From assembly GCA_043810925.1 (NCBI GenBank), contig JBDRNT010000037.1:1-64000 (forward strand): 64,000 bases of DNA, given 5' to 3'. Both the position numbers and the translations under genes were made by a program. This document shows, piece by piece, positions 33,608 to 43,660 of this stretch (its first letter is position 1; every line of letters begins with the position of its first letter). The notes beneath the pieces were generated by a model, which worked only from the letters and a program-made list of their open reading frames with translations, was not told where the DNA came from and searched no databases. The stretch is from Candidatus Eiseniibacteriota bacterium (lineage in GTDB: Bacteria > Arandabacterota > Arandabacteria > Arandabacterales > Arandabacteraceae).

Positions 33608-33889
33608 TTGATCGTAGGCACTTGCCGGGTCAGTCTGCATATCCCCGACAGCGGATCACTCAAAGCAAAGAGGTTTGCGCTCAGGAGTTTGAAGGACAGG
33701 GTGAGGAATAAGTTCAACGTCTCCGTTGCTGAAGTGGATGACTTCGATTTGTGGCAGCGTGCGACGATCGGGATTGCGGTCGTTGCCAATGAGGGACGGT
33801 TCGCGGACAAGGTCATCTCGAGTGTTGTCGGCATGATAGAATCAGACAGGAACGTCGTCGTCATAGACATCGAAACAGATTTGAGGTGA
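33608..33889 (+). CDS. DUF503 (YlxP-like) protein
   Basis: SLKAKR...KFNVSVAEV; typical infB-rbfA position. Confidence 0.88.
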   Translation: MIVGTCRVSLHIPDSGSLKAKRFALRSLKDRVRNKFNVSVAEVDDFDLWQRATIGIAVVANEGRFADKVISSVVGMIESDRNVVVIDIETDLR

Positions 33890-34272
33890 TAGCGGCTGTG
33901 CAGAGCAGGAGAATCAGCAGGCTGTGCGATCAGATTCAAGAAGAGGTAAGTGACATATTGTACCGCAAACTCAAGGATCCGAGACTCGGATTCGTGACGA
34001 TTACCAGGGTTAAGCTTGCCCCGGATCTCAGCCAGTCAAACATCTATGTCAGCGTTATGGGCAGTCCCGAAGATATTGCCGAGACCATAGAATGCCTCGA
34101 CCGCGCCTCGAGTTTCGTCAGATCCGAGCTCGGAAAAAGACTGAGAATCAAACGCATCCCCGAGCTGATATTTCGCTATGATGACTCAGCAGTAAGAGGG
34201 GCCCGCATAGAGTCGATACTCAAAGACCTCAGGGAAGGAAAAGATGGAGAAAGCCTACAGGACGATATCTGA
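33886..34272 (+). CDS. rbfA: Ribosome-binding factor A
   Basis: LKDPRLGFVTIT, RIPELIFRYD. Confidence 0.95.
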   Translation: MIAAVQSRRISRLCDQIQEEVSDILYRKLKDPRLGFVTITRVKLAPDLSQSNIYVSVMGSPEDIAETIECLDRASSFVRSELGKRLRIKRIPELIFRYDDSAVRGARIESILKDLREGKDGESLQDDI

Positions 34273-35224
34273 CCTCATCCGCAGCTCAGAGTCGTTTCTC
34301 ATCACGTCGCATATCGATCCAGATGGTGATGCTATCGGGTCTGCATTGGCTATCTTCTCTGTTTTGACCCGATTAGGCAAATCATGTAAAGTGGTTTTTG
34401 AAGAGCCGATTCCCCAGACATTTGACTTCCTGAAGGGAAGCGACGAGGTGATAACCTCTTCAACCGGCCCGTGTGAGGTGGCGATAGTGGTGGATGCCGC
34501 AGATCTTGACCGCGTCGGGTGGGTGAAAGACGTCGTAGCGAAATGCCCTGTGATCGTCAATATCGATCATCATGGGTCCAACGATGGTTTCGGTCATCAC
34601 AATCTCGTCGTTACCAGTGCAGGTGCCTGCGGCGAGATCGTATACAAGTTGCTCACCGGTCTCGTGGATACCCTGATTCTGGGTGAGGCTGAAGCCCTGT
34701 ATGTCGCCATACTGAGCGACACCGGATGTTTCCGGTTTCCCACGACCAGTGCAGATACACTGCGAACCGCGGCCAGTCTCATTGATATTGGTGTGAGGCC
34801 CTATCATGCGGCCTCGGAGATATTCTGGAAGAGGTCCCCTTCGGCACTCAAGCTCCTGAGCGGTGCGCTCTCGACGATCGAAGTCACAAATGACGGTGCC
34901 GTTGCCACCATGGAGATAACCCGGCGGATGTTCACTGAGTCAGGTGCTACTCCCAAAGAGATCGAAGGATTCGCCAACTACCCGCGATCCATACGCGATG
35001 TGCTTGTCGGGGTGTTCGTGAGGGAAATGAGGGATGGGATGTTCAGAGTGAGCTTAAGGGCGAGAGAGGGCTACAGGGTTGATCAAGTAGCCAAAACCTT
35101 TGGGGGAGGGGGGCACCCCACTGCCGCCGGATTCCGCATACGTGGTGATATTGATGACCTCAAAGCCAGGCTGCGAAGTGAGATCCAAACGACGGTCCTC
35201 AATCCGAATTCGACCTCCGACTGA
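34244..35224 (+). CDS. DHH/DHHA1 phosphoesterase (NrnA-like)
   Basis: HIDPDGDAIGS, NIDHH, DTGCF, FGGGGHPTAAG. Confidence 0.93.
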   Translation: MEKAYRTISDLIRSSESFLITSHIDPDGDAIGSALAIFSVLTRLGKSCKVVFEEPIPQTFDFLKGSDEVITSSTGPCEVAIVVDAADLDRVGWVKDVVAKCPVIVNIDHHGSNDGFGHHNLVVTSAGACGEIVYKLLTGLVDTLILGEAEALYVAILSDTGCFRFPTTSADTLRTAASLIDIGVRPYHAASEIFWKRSPSALKLLSGALSTIEVTNDGAVATMEITRRMFTESGATPKEIEGFANYPRSIRDVLVGVFVREMRDGMFRVSLRAREGYRVDQVAKTFGGGGHPTAAGFRIRGDIDDLKARLRSEIQTTVLNPNSTSD

Positions 35225-35231
35225 TAACGAG

Positions 35232-36122
35232 ATGGACGGCATTCTAAATATCGACAAACCAGGCGGCATGACGTCGCATGATGTGGTACAGAAGGTGCGG
35301 GACCTGCTGCGAGGTGCCAAGGTAGGCCACGCCGGCACGTTGGATCCCAATGCGACGGGGGTGCTGATTGTCCTTGTCGGAAAGGCGACAAAGGTCTCCC
35401 GTTTTCTCATGGGCCTCGAGAAGGAGTATGTGTTCACCATACAGCTTGGGGTCGAGACGGATACGCTGGACAGATGGGGAGAAGTCGTATCCACCAGCAG
35501 CCCGGATGGCGTGGGGGCCTGTGAGATAGCGAGTGTCGCCTCGAGATTCAAAGGCAGGTACCAGCAGATAGCTCCGTCGGTTTCGGCCCTCAAGCACCGC
35601 GGCGTGCCTCTCTACAAACTGGTCCGGCGAGGAGAACCGACACCCGTGAAGACAAGGGTGGTCATGATCAGGAATTTCGAGGTGCTTGACATCCGTCATC
35701 CACACGTGACGATCCGGGTCGTCTGCTCATCCGGCACATATGTACGATCCCTTGCAAGGGACATGGGAAAACACCTCGGTTGTGGAGCGTCCGTGTTCTC
35801 CCTGAGAAGGACCCGGATAGGTTCCTTTGGACTGGAGGAGGCGGTAGCCTTGAGGGACCTGACGGAAGGGCCTTCCGGCCTCAAGAACGCGATGATGACA
35901 ATTGAGGAAGGCCTCAGGCATCTACCGAAGATTCCCATGAAACCCGGGAGCGTCGAGAGGATTAGGACGGGGGGCCAGCCCACCGCCGAGGACTTCCATG
36001 AGTCAGACCTTGATTTCGATGGGGATTATGTTGCACTCACGGACGAAAAGGGTACTATTGTTGGTATCGCGAAGCGGTCCGGGCAGCAGGGTTCGATGCT
36101 GAAGACGGAACGAATACTCTGA
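35232..36122 (+). CDS. truB: tRNA pseudouridine(55) synthase
   Basis: DKPGGMTSHDVV, GHAGTLDP, CSSGTYVRSL. Confidence 0.96.
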   Translation: MDGILNIDKPGGMTSHDVVQKVRDLLRGAKVGHAGTLDPNATGVLIVLVGKATKVSRFLMGLEKEYVFTIQLGVETDTLDRWGEVVSTSSPDGVGACEIASVASRFKGRYQQIAPSVSALKHRGVPLYKLVRRGEPTPVKTRVVMIRNFEVLDIRHPHVTIRVVCSSGTYVRSLARDMGKHLGCGASVFSLRRTRIGSFGLEEAVALRDLTEGPSGLKNAMMTIEEGLRHLPKIPMKPGSVERIRTGGQPTAEDFHESDLDFDGDYVALTDEKGTIVGIAKRSGQQGSMLKTERIL

Positions 36123-36129
36123 GGAGGAT

Positions 36130-37062
36130 ATGCCTCTGCGAACCATAAGGGATTTGCCGGGGTCACGGGCGCCGAAGAAGTCGGTTGTGACCATTGGCGC
36201 TTTTGATGGGATCCACATCGGTCACCGGAGGATTCTTGATGAGGTCGTAATGCTCGCAAAGGGTCTGGGTGTCAGGGGAGTGGTTGTCACCTTTGACCCG
36301 CATCCCCTGGCGATACTCCAGCCGGATGAAGCACCGCACCTTCTGACGTCTCTTGACGAGAAGCGCCGGTTGATCGAAGAGGCGGGGATGGACGATCTTG
36401 TCCTTTTGAGATTTAGTCCTAATCTCGCCTGCCAGAGCGCCGAATGGTTTGTAAAGAACGTTCTTCTCAAGAAACTGAACATGAGAAGACTGGTGATCGG
36501 CTATGACTTTCGTTTCGGCAGGGATAGACAGGGAGATGCCTTGTACCTGGAGTCCCTTGGGGAAGCGGAAGGTTTCGGTGTTGACGCAGTACCACCGGTC
36601 AACTTCCGGGATCACCCGGTAAGCTCGACACGTGTCAGGACTGCTCTCGTCAGAGGCGACGTGGAGTCTGCGGCGCGTATGCTCGGCAGACCATACTCAT
36701 TCAAGGGGTCTGTCGTAAGAGGTGAGGGCAGGGGCACGGGCTTGAGTTACCCGACCGCGAACATAGACCTGGGGGACTCAAGTAAGATGATCCCTGCAAA
36801 CGGGGTCTATGCTGTAACGACGCGTATGGGAAGCAAGAACAGGCCTGCGGTGCTCTACATCGGCACAAGACCCACATTTGGCGGGCGGTCGACCACGATA
36901 GAGGCCCATGTTATGGGAATGGAGGGGAATCTCTACGGCAAGTCCATCGAAGTGGCCTTTGCCGAGAGGCTGAGGGACGAGACCCGGTTCGAGAATGATG
37001 CAGAGCTCAGGACGGCCATAGCAGGAGACGTTTCGAGGGCAAAAGGGCTATTGTCAATTTAA
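36130..37062 (+). CDS. ribF: Riboflavin kinase / FAD synthetase
   Basis: FDGIHIGH, GYDFRFG, SSTRVR, PTAN, IEAH. Confidence 0.96.
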   Translation: MPLRTIRDLPGSRAPKKSVVTIGAFDGIHIGHRRILDEVVMLAKGLGVRGVVVTFDPHPLAILQPDEAPHLLTSLDEKRRLIEEAGMDDLVLLRFSPNLACQSAEWFVKNVLLKKLNMRRLVIGYDFRFGRDRQGDALYLESLGEAEGFGVDAVPPVNFRDHPVSSTRVRTALVRGDVESAARMLGRPYSFKGSVVRGEGRGTGLSYPTANIDLGDSSKMIPANGVYAVTTRMGSKNRPAVLYIGTRPTFGGRSTTIEAHVMGMEGNLYGKSIEVAFAERLRDETRFENDAELRTAIAGDVSRAKGLLSI

Positions 37063-37121
37063 GTGTTGATTTATCGTGTAAAAAGGTCTAAGTAATAGTA
37101 TTTGGAGGGGGTGAGAGAGAC

Positions 37122-37391
37122 GTGCCTTTGAGCAAAGACAAGAAACAGGAGATTATCGAGAAGTTCCGTGTGCATGACGCTGACTCCGGTTCGCCGGAGG
37201 TTCAAATTGCGCTGCTGACGGAACGCATCAAGGAGCTTACGGGACACTTCCAGGTCCACAAGAAGGACTTCCATTCGCGGAGGGGCCTCTTGAAGCTCGT
37301 CGGCCAGCGTAGAAGGCTTCTTGACTATTTGAAGTCGAGAAAGATTGATAAGTACAGGCGGATTGTAAAGGAACTGGGTTTACGCAAGTAA
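37122..37391 (+). CDS. rpsO: 30S ribosomal protein S15
   Basis: [24 protein letters not shown]. Confidence 0.99.
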   Translation: MPLSKDKKQEIIEKFRVHDADSGSPEVQIALLTERIKELTGHFQVHKKDFHSRRGLLKLVGQRRRLLDYLKSRKIDKYRRIVKELGLRK

Positions 37392-37412
37392 CCAAGGAGA
37401 TTAACGAGACAT

Positions 37413-39509
37413 ATGGTAGTTAGGGAAGAAATCGAAATAGGTGGAAGAACATTTTCAATAGAGACAGGCCGGGTCGCAAGGCAGGCTGGCGGCGCGGTGC
37501 TTGTGCAATATGGTGACACCGTAGTCCTGGTGACCAGCGTGATTTCCAAGGAACCGAAGGAGGGATTTAACTTCCTTCCACTCCTTGTCGAATACCGCGA
37601 GAAGTATTATGCCGCAGGTAAGATACCCGGCGGCTTCTTCAAGCGCGAAGGACGGCCCACGGAGAAGGAGATACTGAGTGCCCGCTTGATCGACAGACCG
37701 GTACGCTCGCTCTTCCCGAAGGGCTTCAGACACGATGTACAGATTGTCGCGTCGGTCCTGTCGTCTGACCAGGAGAACGACTCTGACATTCTTGCCATGA
37801 TCGGTGCGTCAGTATCGCTGGGTCTGGCCGGTGCACCGCTGGGTGGACCTATAGGGGTCGTCAGGATAGGACGGAGGAACGGTGAATTCGTTTTGAATCC
37901 CACCTTCAGTGAGCGGGGCGAGGGGGACATAGACATGGTGGTGGTGGGTCACGGTGGCGATATCGTGATGATCGAAGGGGGAATGAAGGAGATCAGTGAG
38001 GACGATCTCATGAAAGGCATCCAGATGGCCTCCGAGGCTATCCCCCAGGTGATCCAACTGCAGCAGAGGCTATTAGAGAGATGCGGCGCGAAGGAGATGA
38101 GTTTCACGCCGGAGCTCCCATCTCCTGAAATATCGAGTGAAGTGAAGAGTGCATACAAGACAAGAATCGTCGAGGCCATCGGCATTCCTGATAAAGAGAG
38201 GCGTCAGGATGAACTCGATCTCATAAAGAAAGAGGCTCGTGAAACTCTTGCGGAGAAGTACCCGGAGAGCGAGGGCGACATAGGCGACGCCATATCAGGT
38301 ATTGAGCGCGATGAAGTCAGGCGGATGATCTCTGACGGCGGCAAGCGTATTGACGGCAGAGGACTGCGCGAGGTCAGGGAGATAACCTGTGAGGTCGGGG
38401 TTCTACCGAGGACCCACGGCTCGGCCCTGTTTACGCGTGGTCAGACGCAGGCCCTGGCGGTTACCACCCTTGGAACCTCAATCGACGAACAGCGTGTTGA
38501 GGATCTCGAAGGTGAGTCCTCGAAGTCCTATATGTTGCACTACAATTTCCCGCCGTTCAGCGTTGGAGAGATAAGACCGCTGAGAGGCCCGGCAAGACGT
38601 GAGATCGGACACGGGGCACTTGCCGAAAAGTCAATTCAACCCGTGATACCTGACGGGGAAGTGTTTCCATACACGATCAGACTGGTCTCGGATATTCTCG
38701 AGTCCAACGGTTCCTCCTCAATGGCCACGGTCTGCAGCGGAACCCTGGCGCTCATGGATGCCGGTGTCCCGATAAAGGCCCCGGTTGCCGGGGTCGCACT
38801 GGGTCTTGTCAAGGACGGTGACCGGTACAGCATTCTCACCGATATACTCGGGGTCGAGGACCATCACGGCGATATGGATTTCAAAGTCGCCGGTACTCGC
38901 GAGGGGCTGACAGCTGTCCAGATGGATCTTAAGATACCCGGGGTCCCGATCAGTGTGCTCAAAGATGTCGTTGCCCAGTCGACCGAGGCGAGACAGAAGA
39001 TCCATGACATCATGGATAGTACACTTCAGTCCCCCAGAGAGGAGATCTCATCATATGCTCCCAGGATTGTGTCGATCAGGGTCGACAAGGACAAGATCAG
39101 GGAGATCATAGGCCCCGGTGGGAAGATCATCAGGAAGATCATCGATGAGACCGGAGCGGTCATAGACATAAACGATGACGGGGAGGTCAAGATAGCCTCA
39201 CCCGACAGAAGCGCCCTCGACAAGGCTCTTGAAATGATCAATGCGATCATAGAGGACCCCGAGGTGGGCAAGACCTATAACGGGATCGTCAAGAAGATCG
39301 TTGATTTCGGTGCCTTTGTCGAAATCCTGCCCGGCAAGGATGGTCTGCTTCATATCTCCGAGATAGAAAACCGGAGGATCAACAATGTCAGGGATGTCCT
39401 GAACGAGGGAGATGAGATCCTCGTCAAGGTCATCGGGGCGGAGAGGGACGGAAAGATCCGGCTGAGCAGGAAGGCGTTGCTCAAAGACAAAGACAAAGAA
39501 CGTAGTTGA
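37413..39509 (+). CDS. pnp: Polyribonucleotide nucleotidyltransferase
   Basis: IPGGFFKREGRP, HGSALFTRGQTQ, ESNGSSSMA, GDMDFKVAG; KH and S1 domains. Confidence 0.99.
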   Translation: MVVREEIEIGGRTFSIETGRVARQAGGAVLVQYGDTVVLVTSVISKEPKEGFNFLPLLVEYREKYYAAGKIPGGFFKREGRPTEKEILSARLIDRPVRSLFPKGFRHDVQIVASVLSSDQENDSDILAMIGASVSLGLAGAPLGGPIGVVRIGRRNGEFVLNPTFSERGEGDIDMVVVGHGGDIVMIEGGMKEISEDDLMKGIQMASEAIPQVIQLQQRLLERCGAKEMSFTPELPSPEISSEVKSAYKTRIVEAIGIPDKERRQDELDLIKKEARETLAEKYPESEGDIGDAISGIERDEVRRMISDGGKRIDGRGLREVREITCEVGVLPRTHGSALFTRGQTQALAVTTLGTSIDEQRVEDLEGESSKSYMLHYNFPPFSVGEIRPLRGPARREIGHGALAEKSIQPVIPDGEVFPYTIRLVSDILESNGSSSMATVCSGTLALMDAGVPIKAPVAGVALGLVKDGDRYSILTDILGVEDHHGDMDFKVAGTREGLTAVQMDLKIPGVPISVLKDVVAQSTEARQKIHDIMDSTLQSPREEISSYAPRIVSIRVDKDKIREIIGPGGKIIRKIIDETGAVIDINDDGEVKIASPDRSALDKALEMINAIIEDPEVGKTYNGIVKKIVDFGAFVEILPGKDGLLHISEIENRRINNVRDVLNEGDEILVKVIGAERDGKIRLSRKALLKDKDKERS

Positions 39510-40774
39510 TGAGTTTCACCTACCGAAAAGACGTCCTTGACAGCGGTGTAACTGTTGTCAGCGAGTCGAGCAAGTCCTCAAATTCTCTTGCTATCGGGTT
39601 CTGGATCGGTGTCGGTTCAAGCTGTGAACCGCAGAGTCTCGGGGGAGTCTCCCACTTCATCGAGCACATTCTCTTCAAAGGGACCCGACGGCGGTCCGCC
39701 TACCAGATAGCCCACGCTCTTGAGTCCGTTGGAGGGAGCGTCGATGCCTTCGCGGGAAGAGAGTCCACCGCCTTTGTGAGCCTGTGTCTTCCGGAGCACC
39801 TGCCGACGGCCGTTGATGTCCTGGGTGATATGCTCTGTCATCCGGCTATGGAAGATGACGCCATAGAGCTCGAGAAACAGGTGATAATCGAGGAGATCAG
39901 GAACTATGAGGATACACCCGAGGAGATAGTGCACGAACTTCTGGCAAGATCGGTGTGGAACTCAAGCCCGATGGGAAACCCTATACTCGGAACCGTCGAT
40001 TCGGTCAGCGGGTTCACGCGGAGCAGTGTATTCCCCTATTTCCGGAGACATTATGTGTCGCCGAGCACAATCGTCGCAGCATGCGGCAAGGTCAGCCACA
40101 GGGAGTTGGTGGGCCACGTAGAACGGATTCTGAAGATCCCCGGCAACAAGCCTGAAACAGTTGCCGAAGCCTATGCCGGCGGTCTTCCGAGAGTGCACCA
40201 CGAGAGACGCAAAGTCGGCCAGTGTTACATCTGCATGGGGGTGGAGTCACCGCCATATCTGGATAAGAAGCGCTACCCGACGATCTTTCTGTCCATGATA
40301 ATCGGCGGAGGGATGACGTCGCGGCTCTTCCAGGAGGTCCGGGAAAAGCAGGGGCTTGCATATTCGGTTTACTGCTCGTGCGAGTTCTACCAGAGGACCG
40401 GGGCATTCCTGGTGTTTCTTGCCGTCGATCCTAAGAAAGCCCGCAAAGCCGTGCGGATGGTTTCAAAGGAGCTCAAATGCCTGAAGGAGGACGGACTGAG
40501 ACGGGGTGAACTCGCAAGCGCGAAGGAGCAGCTCAAGGGCAATCTGATCCTGGGTCTGGAAAGTACTTCTGCCAGGATGGGACGATTGGCCCGGCAGGAG
40601 TTCTACCTTGGCGAGTACCAGCCGATGGATAGATCCATCGACCTGGCGATGGCGGTCAAGAGCAGCATGGTGAGAAAGCAGGCGGAGAACCTGCTCGATG
40701 CCTCCAGGTTTTCGCTCGTCGTGGTCGGCCCCGACTCGACCGATTTCCCCACCGCCTCCGACCTCGACTTCTAG
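39506..40774 (+). CDS. M16 (pitrilysin) family zinc peptidase
   Basis: Inverted zinc motif HFIEH; SRLFQEVREKQGLAYSV. Confidence 0.93.
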   Translation: MMSFTYRKDVLDSGVTVVSESSKSSNSLAIGFWIGVGSSCEPQSLGGVSHFIEHILFKGTRRRSAYQIAHALESVGGSVDAFAGRESTAFVSLCLPEHLPTAVDVLGDMLCHPAMEDDAIELEKQVIIEEIRNYEDTPEEIVHELLARSVWNSSPMGNPILGTVDSVSGFTRSSVFPYFRRHYVSPSTIVAACGKVSHRELVGHVERILKIPGNKPETVAEAYAGGLPRVHHERRKVGQCYICMGVESPPYLDKKRYPTIFLSMIIGGGMTSRLFQEVREKQGLAYSVYCSCEFYQRTGAFLVFLAVDPKKARKAVRMVSKELKCLKEDGLRRGELASAKEQLKGNLILGLESTSARMGRLARQEFYLGEYQPMDRSIDLAMAVKSSMVRKQAENLLDASRFSLVVVGPDSTDFPTASDLDF

Positions 40775-41949
40775 AGTAAACCGCTCTGCTCTATTCTTGC
40801 GATGGCTTCCTTTATGCGCTCGACATCTTCTATGAGTGATACTCTTATGTAGCCCTCGCCATAGGTTCCGAAGCCGCTGCCGGGTGCGAAGACAACACCG
40901 GTCTTCGTAAGAACGTCTTTGGCAAACTGCATCGAGGACTTGTATTTTTCCGGGATGGCGGCCCATACGTAAATGGTGGCAAGCGGGTTCGTTGCCCGGA
41001 TGCCTATCCGCTCGAATCCGTCAACCACGGTGTCCCGGCGCTTCGCATATATCTCCCGCGTGGGCTGTATGAGAGCGTCCCCGGCCCTGAGCACAAATGC
41101 ACCCGTTCTCTGCATCGCCATGAAGATTCCGAAATCCATATTGGTCTTGATCTTCAGGATGTTCTGGACGATGGCCGCATTGCCGACCACGAAGCCCAGC
41201 CGCCAGCCGGCCATGGAATAGGTCTTCGAAAAGGAGTGGAATTCGATTGCACGTTCCTTCGCACCCGGGAGTTCGAGGAAACTCATCGCCTTGTATGAAG
41301 GCTCGAGATTGAGCTCCGCATATGCGATATCGGAGACGACTATGAGATCGTGACGCTGGGCAAGTTCGAGCACTTCCTGATAGAGCTTCCTGGTCTCGAC
41401 GGCGCCTGTCGGATTGTTGGGGTAGTTTATGAGAATAGCGGCGGCCTTATCAAGCACGTCGGAAGGTATGCTTTTAAGATCCGGACGGAACTCATTTTGC
41501 TCATAGAGCGGCAGCTCGTAGAGATCGGCGTCGGATATGCCGACGGCGCCTATGTAGGCGGGGTAGCACGGAGATGTCACGATGGCAACGTCACCCGGGT
41601 CCATGTGTGAGAGAAAGAACTTGGCTATGCCCTCCTTTGACCCGATAAGCGGCAGCACCTCGGGTCCGGGATCCAGCTCCACTCCGAATCTGGTCTTGTA
41701 GTAGTCGGCGATCGCTTCCCTGAACTCCATGATCCCGTCATAGGGCGGGTACCTGTGGTTCTGCCGCTCGGTCTCGTCCAGGGCGCTCTTCAGGAAGTCA
41801 ATTATCGACTGGTCGGGTCTAAGATCGGGATTGCCGACACCCATGTCGATCACATCCATACCTGCCTTCTTAGCCTCATCCCTTGCCTTGTTGACCTCCG
41901 CAAAAGGGTAGACCGGGAGGCGTCCCGTCCTCTCGTTACCGTTTCTCAC
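40771..41949 (-). CDS. PLP-dependent aminotransferase class I/II (LL-diaminopimelate aminotransferase-like)
   Basis: GVGNPD, GSKEG, NYPNNPTG, SFSKTYSMAGWRLG. Confidence 0.88.
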   Translation of the reverse strand: MRNGNERTGRLPVYPFAEVNKARDEAKKAGMDVIDMGVGNPDLRPDQSIIDFLKSALDETERQNHRYPPYDGIMEFREAIADYYKTRFGVELDPGPEVLPLIGSKEGIAKFFLSHMDPGDVAIVTSPCYPAYIGAVGISDADLYELPLYEQNEFRPDLKSIPSDVLDKAAAILINYPNNPTGAVETRKLYQEVLELAQRHDLIVVSDIAYAELNLEPSYKAMSFLELPGAKERAIEFHSFSKTYSMAGWRLGFVVGNAAIVQNILKIKTNMDFGIFMAMQRTGAFVLRAGDALIQPTREIYAKRRDTVVDGFERIGIRATNPLATIYVWAAIPEKYKSSMQFAKDVLTKTGVVFAPGSGFGTYGEGYIRVSLIEDVERIKEAIARIEQSGLL

Positions 41950-41988
41950 GCTGTGTCCTCCTGTCCTGATACTGATAGTCTGCTCAGT

Positions 41989-42016
41989 ATTCTAACACAC
42001 CTTGAGGCTGTGTCAA
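41989..42016 (-). promoter_or_regulatory. Sigma70 promoter TTGACA-N16-TAGAAT with TGn extension, for the aminotransferase
   Basis: Read on the minus strand. Confidence 0.6.
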
Positions 42017-42017
42017 C

Positions 42018-42057
42018 GGCGTCAGCCTTTGAATTCAAGAATTCAAAGCCTGACCCC
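42018..42057. repeat. Imperfect 40-bp palindrome containing the 27-bp repeat
   Basis: GGCGTCAGCCTTTGAATTC-AA-GAATTCAAAGCCTGACCCC; 42031-42057 identical to 186-212. Confidence 0.85.
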
Positions 42058-42079
42058 CGTTTGGTTTGACCCATTTGAA

Positions 42080-42108
42080 TTGACAGGGGGTTACCGGTAC
42101 GGTAATCT
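42080..42108 (+). promoter_or_regulatory. Sigma70 promoter TTGACA-N17-TAATCT
   Basis: Predicted start site falls at about ATG 42116. Confidence 0.65.
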
Positions 42109-42115
42109 AGTATCT

Positions 42116-42427
42116 ATGGAAGTGACAAGGCCTAAGATGGTTGTGTACGGATCCGGCCGCAAGAACACAGACTCTGCGGAGGTTTCTCCACACTCCTGTC
42201 CCGTGCATATCAGTGGCTCCCAGCATGCCTGCGAGTATTGCAAGTGTTGCTCGTGCCAGAAGATCTGCACCATGTGCAGCGTGAACTGCACGCCGTCGGA
42301 ATCGCTCTTCATCCCCGTTGTAGGCTGTCCTGACTTCGCCGATATGCGGGCATTGGGCCCGGTCAGATACCTGTACAGGAATCAGTATGGTTGTGAGTAC
42401 AAGCTCCGCCTGCCAGGGACAAGGTAA
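42116..42427 (+). CDS. Small cysteine-rich hypothetical protein (103 aa, 11 Cys)
   Basis: [20 protein letters not shown] cluster; fills the gap between a promoter and dut. Confidence 0.6.
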   Translation: MEVTRPKMVVYGSGRKNTDSAEVSPHSCPVHISGSQHACEYCKCCSCQKICTMCSVNCTPSESLFIPVVGCPDFADMRALGPVRYLYRNQYGCEYKLRLPGTR

Positions 42428-42450
42428 CCTTTCGATTCCATGCGACTCCT

Positions 42451-42906
42451 ATGGATATCAATAGGGTAACGGTAAGGATACGGCGGCTCCCCGGGAGCAA
42501 GGGCCTTCCTCTGCCTGCCCCGGCAAGTGCGGGCGCATCAGGCGTGGATCTCCTGGCCTGTGTCGACGACGAAGTCAAGATACGGCGGGGTGAGTCCCTG
42601 CTGATCCCGACAGGTCTGTGTGCTGAACTGCCCAGGGGCTACGAAGCTCAGGTAAGACCGCGTTCGGGTCTCGCGCTGCGAAACGGGATCACGGTCCTGA
42701 ACACACCCGGAACGATCGACTCCGATTACCGTGGAGAGATCGGCGTGATCCTGATCAATCACGGACGTGACGTGTTCACGGTACGACGTGGTGACAGGAT
42801 CGCGCAACTCGTGTTCTCCGCGGTCTGCGAGCCGGTGTTCGAAGAAGTCGATAGCCTGGAGGATAGTGCCAGGGGCCCCGGTGGGTTCGGCCATACAGGG
42901 ATCTGA
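42451..42906 (+). CDS. dut: dUTP diphosphatase
   Basis: [33 protein letters not shown]. Confidence 0.97.
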   Translation: MDINRVTVRIRRLPGSKGLPLPAPASAGASGVDLLACVDDEVKIRRGESLLIPTGLCAELPRGYEAQVRPRSGLALRNGITVLNTPGTIDSDYRGEIGVILINHGRDVFTVRRGDRIAQLVFSAVCEPVFEEVDSLEDSARGPGGFGHTGI

Positions 42907-42919
42907 CAGTGTGGTGCCA

Positions 42920-43657
42920 ATGATATTCACCTACCACAAGATCGGCCAGCAGTTCGAGCTCGGAATAACGACTGTCCGGAAGCAGACATTCGGAGCGCAT
43001 CTCGATTTTCTCAGCGGCCTGGGGCTTGAGTTCGTGACTGCGAGCGAGGCGGACACCGCTTATCGACCGGTGAGACAGGTTGCGATAACTTTTGACGACG
43101 GCTACGAGTCGGTCTATTCTGACGCGTGCCTCGAGATGGAGCCACGGGGTATAGGTGGAACCGTGTTTCCGGTCGTCGGTTCGATCGACGGCTACAACAA
43201 ATGGGACGTTCAGCTTTCACGACGGCCCTTTAAGCACCTCTCGTGGCCGCAGTTGCGTGAGTTGTCCGCCGGGGGATTCGAGGTAGGCTCGCACACACTG
43301 TCCCACAGAGATCTCACGAGGCTTGATCCGAAGACCCTGAGGCGTGAGCTCGGGGAATCGAGGGCCATGCTTGAGGAACATCTCGGAACAGGCGTTACAG
43401 CGATCTCATACCCTTTCGGCAGGTTCTCAGCGAGGGTGATTGAGGAGGCCCTTGAGGCGGGATACACTCACGGATTTACGAGCTTCCCTCACGACGCAAC
43501 TGACCCGATGGCGATAGGCCGGATGACGGTCTATTCAGTCGACGGGACGAGTTCGCTCAAGAGAAAGCTGGGGCTGGCGCCGGGTTACCGATTTGAGTGC
43601 CTGAAGAACAAGTTCATCGCACGGCTCTCTCTCGGTACCACTCTGGTCAAGAGGTAG
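42920..43657 (+). CDS. Polysaccharide deacetylase (CE4/NodB-like)
   Basis: YHKI, TFDDGY, GSHTLSH, SYPFG; start 42911 or 42920. Confidence 0.88.
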   Translation: MIFTYHKIGQQFELGITTVRKQTFGAHLDFLSGLGLEFVTASEADTAYRPVRQVAITFDDGYESVYSDACLEMEPRGIGGTVFPVVGSIDGYNKWDVQLSRRPFKHLSWPQLRELSAGGFEVGSHTLSHRDLTRLDPKTLRRELGESRAMLEEHLGTGVTAISYPFGRFSARVIEEALEAGYTHGFTSFPHDATDPMAIGRMTVYSVDGTSSLKRKLGLAPGYRFECLKNKFIARLSLGTTLVKR

Positions 43658-43660
43658 ACC

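Noticed and set aside
39506-40774. M16 peptidase as the processing enzyme for the 57403 peptide
   Set aside because: It is 17 kb away, has no signal peptide and its position after pnp is a common housekeeping arrangement
42002-42115. Longer start for the Cys-rich ORF
   Set aside because: Runs through the palindromic repeat and both divergent promoters
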